Positions 27,234-32,000 of a DNA stretch of 32,000 bases are shown one piece after another (position 1 is the first letter of the stretch; every line of letters starts with the position of its first letter). The translations under genes were made by a program, and so were the position numbers. Source of the stretch: an uncultured Chloroflexia bacterium. Its GTDB lineage: Bacteria; Chloroflexota; Ktedonobacteria; Ktedonobacterales; JADMIN01. Where the stretch lies: contig CAVRAI010000004.1 in NCBI GenBank assembly GCA_963718915.1, forward strand, positions 210,001 to 242,000, in the 5' to 3' direction. The notes under the pieces are model-generated. The model saw nothing but the letters and a program-made list of their open reading frames with translations, was not told the DNA's origin and searched no databases.

Positions 27234-29534
27234 TTACGCGGCCTGGATGGGTGATGGAGAGGTTAAAGCCACCATTCGTGGCTCGCCATCGGCGGTCACC
27301 CGCACGGCGCCATCGACGACTGTCATGCGCGCCGTCTGGCCCGGCTGCACCGTCTCCGCGAGGATGGCGTCGGCCAGCGCGTCGTCTACATGCGTCTGGA
27401 TTGCCCGGCGCAGTGGTCGCGCGCCAAACTCGGGATCGTAGCCCTCGGTCATCAGGAAGTCGCGCAGGTCGTCGCCAAACGCCAGCGCAATCTCCTGCTC
27501 GGCCAGTCGCGCGCTCACCTTCGCCAGCAGCAGGTCGACGATCTGCCGCAGGTCATCGCGGGTCAGCGACTCAAAGACCACGATCTGGTCGATCCGGTTC
27601 AGGAACTCTGGCCGGAATGCCATGCGCAGCCCCTGTATCGCGCGTGCCCGACGCTGGGCCTCTTCGCTGTCCTCGGCGGTGACAGCATCGCCCCACTTCG
27701 GCAGCGCGAAACCGATGTTGTGGCGCTTGATGTCCGGAGTGGCCACATTACTGGTCATGATGACGACCGTGTTCTTGAAGTCCACCATGCGTCCCTGACC
27801 ATCTGTCATGTGACCATCGTCCAGAATCTGCAACAGTGCGTTGAAGACCTCAGGGTGCGCCTTCTCGATCTCGTCGAAGAGGATCACACTGTAGGGGCGA
27901 CGCCGCACCTGCTCGGTCAACTGGCCGCCCTCGTCATGTCCGACGTAGCCGGGAGGGCTACCAAACAGCCGCGAGACGGTATGCGACTCCATATATTCCG
28001 ACATGTCGAGCCGGATGATGTTCTCCTCGCTGCCAAACATCGTCGCGGCGAGCGCCCTGGCCAGCTCCGTCTTCCCGACGCCGGTCGGCCCCATGAAGAG
28101 GAATGACCCAATTGGCCGCTGCGGATCCTTCAGCCCAGCCCGCGAGCGCCGGATGGCCCGCGAGACCGCGCCGATGGCCTCTTTCTGGCCGATGACGCGC
28201 TGGCTCAGATCGTCTTCCAGGTGGCGCAGGTTCTCGCGCTCCGTCTCCAGCATCTGGGTGACAGGCACGCTGGTCCAGCCTTCGACGACCTTCGCGATAT
28301 CGGCAGGCGTCACGATCATCGTTGGGATGTCGCCCACCTTGCCCTTGGCCTCGTCAAGCTGCTTCTGCACCTTCAACTCGTTCTGGCGCAGCTTCGCCGC
28401 CTTCTCGTAGTCCTCGGAGAGGGCAGCCGCCTCTTTCTGTGTAGCGATGCCGGCAAGCTCGCGCTCCAGCACGCTAATCATGTCGGGGCCAATCAGCCCC
28501 TTCTCGATGGCCTCCAGCCGCAAGGCAGAAGCCGCCTCGTCCATCACGTCGATGGCCTTATCGGGCAAGAAGCGGTCATTGATATAACGATCGGAGAGCT
28601 TCACCGCCGCCTCGATGGCCTCATCGGAGATGCGGACGCCATGGTGCAGCTCGTAGTTCTCGCGTACCTTCCGCAGCATGGTGATGGCCTCCTCGGCGGA
28701 CGGCTCATTCACCAGCACTGGCTGAAAGCGGCGCTCCAATGCGGCATCCTTCTCGATGTGCTTGCGATACTCATCCAGCGTCGTTGCGCCAATCGCGCGC
28801 AGCTCGCCACGCGCCAGCGCTGGCTTCAACAGATCGGCCGCGCCAACCGCGCCCTCGGCGTTGCCCGCTCCGACGACGGTATGTAGCTCGTCGATGAAGA
28901 GGATGACATCTGGCTCCTGGCGAACCTCTTCGAGGATCTGCTTAATGCGCTCCTCGAACTGACCGCGGAACATCGCGCCGGCAACGACACTGCCCATGCT
29001 CAGCGCGACGATACGCGCGTTACGCAGGGTTGCGGGCACGTTGCCCTCGGCGATACGGCGGGCAATGCCCTCGACGATAGCTGTTTTGCCAACGCCTGGC
29101 TCGCCAATCAGCACTGGGTTGTTCTTCTGGCGGCGTCCCAGCACCGTCAGCACGCGGCGAATCTCGCGGTCACGCCCAGCGGCGGGATCGAGCTTGCCCT
29201 CGCGCGCCTCGGCGGTCAGGTCACGTCCGAACTGGTCGAGTGTCGGCGTCTTGCTATGTTTGTCGGCACCGTCCGACTTGCGCTGTGCCTGGGTCGCGCC
29301 GCCCTGTGGCTGGAAGCCCATTGGCGGCTGGCCACCGCCCTGCCCCATCATCCGGTTGAAGAACGACCCGAATAGGTCGCTCTGCGCGCCGTTGCCAGGC
29401 GTGTTCGACAGATCGCCTCCGAGCATCTCTTCGGCGCATTGCTGGCAGAAGTAGTGTTGTTCACGGTGACCATTAGCTATAGAATCCAGGCGGACACGAG
29501 CGTCATTCACCTGGCAGCGTTCGCACTTTTGCAT
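27234..29534 (-). CDS. ClpC-type AAA+ unfoldase (two NBDs, UVR-like M-domain, ClpP-docking IGF loop) with an N-terminal zinc ribbon in place of Clp_N
   Basis: The Walker A motifs are GEPGVGKTA and GPTGVGKTE. The M-domain reads [30 protein letters not shown], and an HNIGFALP loop is present. The N-terminus is [36 protein letters not shown] (CxxC-x22-CxxC), followed by a Gly/Gln-rich linker. There is no Clp_N repeat. Confidence 0.9.
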   Translation of the reverse strand: MQKCERCQVNDARVRLDSIANGHREQHYFCQQCAEEMLGGDLSNTPGNGAQSDLFGSFFNRMMGQGGGQPPMGFQPQGGATQAQRKSDGADKHSKTPTLDQFGRDLTAEAREGKLDPAAGRDREIRRVLTVLGRRQKNNPVLIGEPGVGKTAIVEGIARRIAEGNVPATLRNARIVALSMGSVVAGAMFRGQFEERIKQILEEVRQEPDVILFIDELHTVVGAGNAEGAVGAADLLKPALARGELRAIGATTLDEYRKHIEKDAALERRFQPVLVNEPSAEEAITMLRKVRENYELHHGVRISDEAIEAAVKLSDRYINDRFLPDKAIDVMDEAASALRLEAIEKGLIGPDMISVLERELAGIATQKEAAALSEDYEKAAKLRQNELKVQKQLDEAKGKVGDIPTMIVTPADIAKVVEGWTSVPVTQMLETERENLRHLEDDLSQRVIGQKEAIGAVSRAIRRSRAGLKDPQRPIGSFLFMGPTGVGKTELARALAATMFGSEENIIRLDMSEYMESHTVSRLFGSPPGYVGHDEGGQLTEQVRRRPYSVILFDEIEKAHPEVFNALLQILDDGHMTDGQGRMVDFKNTVVIMTSNVATPDIKRHNIGFALPKWGDAVTAEDSEEAQRRARAIQGLRMAFRPEFLNRIDQIVVFESLTRDDLRQIVDLLLAKVSARLAEQEIALAFGDDLRDFLMTEGYDPEFGARPLRRAIQTHVDDALADAILAETVQPGQTARMTVVDGAVRVTADGEPRMVALTSPSPIQAA

Positions 29535-29605
29535 CTGAGTACATATCCTTCATGTTGGTGATTTGGTCGTAGTGGAGTGTTGTACTCCGGACATCCGGTC
29601 GCCGA

Positions 29606-30067
29606 CTATTCCTCGGTTGACTGGATGTCTTCGCATCCATCGGGAAGCGTCTGCGCCTTACGCGGACGACCGCGTGGCCGTCGCGGGCTAAGTGTTGCCT
29701 CGTAGCGCCGGATAACCTCCTCGGCGGTCAATTCATCCCCCGCCACGACGAGATAGGCTCTCGTCCACAAGGTTGGAATGCGTGTCAGTTCGGGGAACTC
29801 ATCCCGGAGTGCCCGGGAGGTGAGCGCCTTGATCTGACAGACGATGCGGTGTGGCGCAAGCGTGGGCGGGGCTGCTGCCGCCAGATACACACGATCTGGC
29901 ATGATAATCAGCATACGTGTCTCGAAGGACAGTACATCCGCCTTCTCCTCAACGAGCGCTTGCAGGCGACTCGCAATGTCACCGACGAGACAGGCTTTCG
30001 AGCGCATTGGCCCCCACACAAAGTGGTAGGTGATATACCACGGCTCGTCAGAATTATGTATATCCAT
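29606..30067 (-). CDS. IS200/IS605-family TnpA (Y1 transposase) homologue with degenerate HUH motif and C-terminal AT-hook
   Basis: YITYHFVWGPMRSKACLVGD...LIIMPDRVYLAAAAPP...IKALTSRALRDEFPELTRIPTLWTRAYLVVAGD...VIRRYEA is colinear with IS608/IS200 TnpA as recalled. The HUH position reads R59-V60-Y61 (29885-29893). Tyr122 is retained. The tail is SPRRPRGRPRKAQ (29663-29674). Confidence 0.75.
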   Translation of the reverse strand: MDIHNSDEPWYITYHFVWGPMRSKACLVGDIASRLQALVEEKADVLSFETRMLIIMPDRVYLAAAAPPTLAPHRIVCQIKALTSRALRDEFPELTRIPTLWTRAYLVVAGDELTAEEVIRRYEATLSPRRPRGRPRKAQTLPDGCEDIQSTEE

Positions 30068-30083
30068 GCCTCATACCTACACA

Positions 30084-30112
30084 ATTATATCGCGCCAATG
30101 CCATGATGTCCA
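30084..30112 (-). promoter_or_regulatory. Sigma-70-type promoter candidate for the tnpA-like gene
   Basis: On the minus strand: TGGACA (30112-30107), a 17-nt spacer, then consensus TATAAT (30089-30084). The -10 element ends 16 nt before the ATG. Confidence 0.45.
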
Positions 30113-30185
30113 GCGAAGCGGTCATCAAATTTGTAGATTGGCGGAATTTATCTACAGGTTTATTGTATCGCATCGCGGGTAAAAT

Positions 30186-30205
30186 CGCCAGCCTCCATAC
30201 TGGCG
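30186..30205 (-). terminator. Hairpin upstream of the tnpA-like promoter (read-through blocker candidate, as at IS200 left ends)
   Basis: CGCCAG-cctccata-CTGGCG. On the minus strand it is preceded by TTTTTTCTTAT and followed by ATTTTA. Confidence 0.35.
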
Positions 30206-30367
30206 CGATAAGAAAAAACGGCTTCGCGGTATGCATGCCGCGGCTAATCCTGACCTTACCGAATCGGCTTCCATCATGGATAAAGCAGAGCGAGAGCCAA
30301 CAAGCTTTCTGTTCGTCCGTTCCTCACCGATATGTACGCGCGAGACCGTCCAAGGTTTATTAGCCCC

Positions 30368-30396
30368 TTGACAGACAGTCATCTTGCCGCTATTAT
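30368..30396 (+). promoter_or_regulatory. Sigma-70-type promoter for tetR, with an adjacent AT palindrome (operator candidate)
   Basis: TTGACA (30368-30373), a 17-nt spacer, then TATTAT (30391-30396). The perfect 12-nt palindrome AATTAATTAATT at 30411-30422 lies between the promoter and the RBS. Confidence 0.55.
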
Positions 30397-30437
30397 TTGA
30401 TTGACCGAACAATTAATTAATTCGTGAGGATACACCG

Positions 30438-31094
30438 ATGGCCCGACCCGCGACCAACCACGAAGCCCGCAAGGCCGCGATTATCGAGGCCGCGCTGGAT
30501 TGCTTCACCCGATACGGCTATGACGGTGCGACCAATAAGCTCATTGCCGAGGCCGCCGGGATGAAGAGCGCCGGGATCATCTATCACTACTTTCCCAGCA
30601 AAGAAGACCTCTTCCAGGCGTGCCTGGAGCGGGTGAGCGCCTTCGACACCATGCGCGATACCGTCGCCGCCAATCAGAATGATCCGCCAGATATCTTTCT
30701 ACGCAAGGTTGGCATCGCCTATCTGACCATGATGCGCAACGATCAGCGGCTGGTCAGGCTCTTCCTGCTTGTGATGTCTTCGGTTCACAGCCATCCAGAA
30801 CTGCCACCGCTGGCGCTACGACGTATCGTGCCCGCGTTCATTCAGCCATTGTTCGCCTACCTGCAACGTCAGACGGAGTTGGGGGCGCTACGACCGCTGC
30901 CGCCGATCAGCGCCGGACTGCAATTCTTCGGGCCGCTGGCGATTCGGGCGATCACAAGTAATCTGCCGCCGAAGACTCTACCTGTGCCACAGATTGATGA
31001 CGGCGCCTTTGTGGATAACCTGGTTCAGACATTTCTCGATGGCGCTCGCGCGCGTGACGGCGCCATGACGCCGGAGGGAGGTCATCCGCACTAG
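30438..31094 (+). CDS. TetR/AcrR-family transcriptional regulator
   Basis: The N-terminal HTH is KAAIIEAALDCFTRYGYDGATNKLIAEAAGMKSAGIIYHYFPSKEDLF. A GAGGA RBS is present. Confidence 0.85.
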   Translation: MARPATNHEARKAAIIEAALDCFTRYGYDGATNKLIAEAAGMKSAGIIYHYFPSKEDLFQACLERVSAFDTMRDTVAANQNDPPDIFLRKVGIAYLTMMRNDQRLVRLFLLVMSSVHSHPELPPLALRRIVPAFIQPLFAYLQRQTELGALRPLPPISAGLQFFGPLAIRAITSNLPPKTLPVPQIDDGAFVDNLVQTFLDGARARDGAMTPEGGHPH

Positions 31095-31157
31095 CCGCTC
31101 ACCCTGCCACTCGCGGGTTCGATGTCGGATCCAATTGGCTTACTACGGGAGGAGACC

Positions 31158-31928
31158 ATGTCATCCGCGTCATCGCCATCATCCGACCCCATCGTCGTCA
31201 GCGATGTGGTCAAACGCTTCAACGACGTGACCGCGCTCGACCATGTGACGCTTGCCGTCGCGCGGGGCGAGACGTTTGGCCTGATCGGCCCGAACGGCTC
31301 TGGTAAGACCACGCTGATACGTCTGCTGCTCGGTCTGGGACGACCAACCGAGGGGCGCATCGCCGTGCTGGGTCATACGATGCCCAATCGCCAGGTCGCG
31401 CCGCATATCGGCTATATGACCCAGTCCAGCGCGCTCTATAACGAACTGAGCATCCGGGAGAATCTGGCGTTCTTCGGCACGCTCTACGGGCTGCGGGGCA
31501 AGCGCCTGAAAGAGCGGATCGCCGCCACGCTGGAGCTGGTTGATCTGGCCGAGCGCGCCGATTCGCCGATTCAGACACTTTCGGGCGGCATGCGCCAGCG
31601 CGTCTCGTTGGGCTGCGCGCTGATCCACGAGCCTGAGTTGATCTTCCTCGACGAGCCGACGGTGGGGATTGATCCTGAGCTGCGCGTCGCCTTCTGGGAC
31701 TACTTCGCACAACTCAATCAGCGCGGAGTCACACTGATCGTTTCGACGCACAATCTCGACGAAGCGATCCGCTGCCACCGGCTCGGATTGCTCCGTTTCG
31801 GCAAGCTGCTTGCCGCCGATACACCAGCTTCTATTCGGCAGCAGTCCGGCAAGGACGACTTCGAGCAGGCGTTTCTATACTTCGCCCAGCGCGCCGAGCA
31901 TGCGGAACATGCAGAGAGGGAGGCGTAG
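31158..31928 (+). CDS. ABC transporter ATP-binding protein (ABC-2/DrrA-like)
   Basis: Walker A GPNGSGKTT, signature LSGGMRQR, Walker B LIFLDEPT. The start ATG 31158 has a GGGAGGAG RBS. The track start at 31122 is less likely. Confidence 0.85.
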   Translation: MSSASSPSSDPIVVSDVVKRFNDVTALDHVTLAVARGETFGLIGPNGSGKTTLIRLLLGLGRPTEGRIAVLGHTMPNRQVAPHIGYMTQSSALYNELSIRENLAFFGTLYGLRGKRLKERIAATLELVDLAERADSPIQTLSGGMRQRVSLGCALIHEPELIFLDEPTVGIDPELRVAFWDYFAQLNQRGVTLIVSTHNLDEAIRCHRLGLLRFGKLLAADTPASIRQQSGKDDFEQAFLYFAQRAEHAEHAEREA

Positions 31929-31930
31929 CC

Positions 31931-32000
31931 ATGTCTTTCATCCGCGTGATGTCCCTCGCCGGGCGCATCGTCAGGCAATTCGTGCGCGACCGCCGGACGC
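31931..32000 (+). CDS. ABC-2-type permease, N-terminal fragment continuing past the right edge
   Basis: The ATG lies 2 nt after the ATPase stop. MSFIRVMSLAGRIVRQFVRDRRT resembles the usual ABC-2 permease N-terminus. The ORF is open to the window end. Confidence 0.55.
   Translation, partial: MSFIRVMSLAGRIVRQFVRDRRT

Noticed and set aside
29535-29605. Small hairpins (GGAGT-gttgt-ACTCC; CCGG-acat-CCGG) between the tnpA-like stop and the clpC-like start, considered as an IS right-end structure
   Set aside because: The stems are only 4-5 bp and have no counterpart on the other side of the tnpA-like gene. They are equally compatible with an ordinary 5' UTR of the clpC-like gene.

Overview
High-GC bacterial chromosomal segment. 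Gene content is compatible with a Chloroflexota/Ktedonobacteria-like or other Terrabacteria genome, but lineage cannot be proven from sequence alone. Most of the window is housekeeping. In order: a partial YihY-family membrane gene, an APH-like kinase, a TIR-8TM gene, DUF899, queG, a DUF4878-like anchor protein, a ymdB-type macrodomain, a zinc-ribbon/PsbP-like membrane protein, a short nuoA-nuoC-nuoD-nuoH cluster, a Val T-box leader plus valS, rpsF-ssb-rpsR, a membrane-anchored parvulin, hemW, recJ, a Tat-signal Gly-rich protein, a UPF0175/PIN (DUF3368) toxin-antitoxin pair, a ClpC-type unfoldase, an IS200-like tnpA homologue, and tetR with an ABC exporter. The most interesting items follow. 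(1) A stand-alone TIR domain that keeps the catalytic-Glu position and is fused to eight TM helices, in a locally A/T-richer gene bracketed by hairpins. (2) An IS200/IS605 Y1-transposase homologue that has lost both HUH histidines, keeps the Tyr, carries a C-terminal AT-hook, and sits 71 bp upstream of and co-oriented with a ClpC-like gene. (3) That ClpC-like gene has a McsA-type zinc ribbon in place of its Clp_N domain. (4) A nuoA-C-D-H cluster with no nuoB, in which the NuoD quinone-loop His is Ser. (5) A TA cassette bracketed by two copies of a ~36-nt hairpin element. One caveat applies to everything: five genes (DUF899, the zinc-ribbon protein, hemW, recJ, PIN) are each broken by a single frame change at a short homopolymer or GC run. 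This looks more like indel error in the assembly than biology. High GC also generates many long antisense shadow ORFs in the track, and I did not call these.
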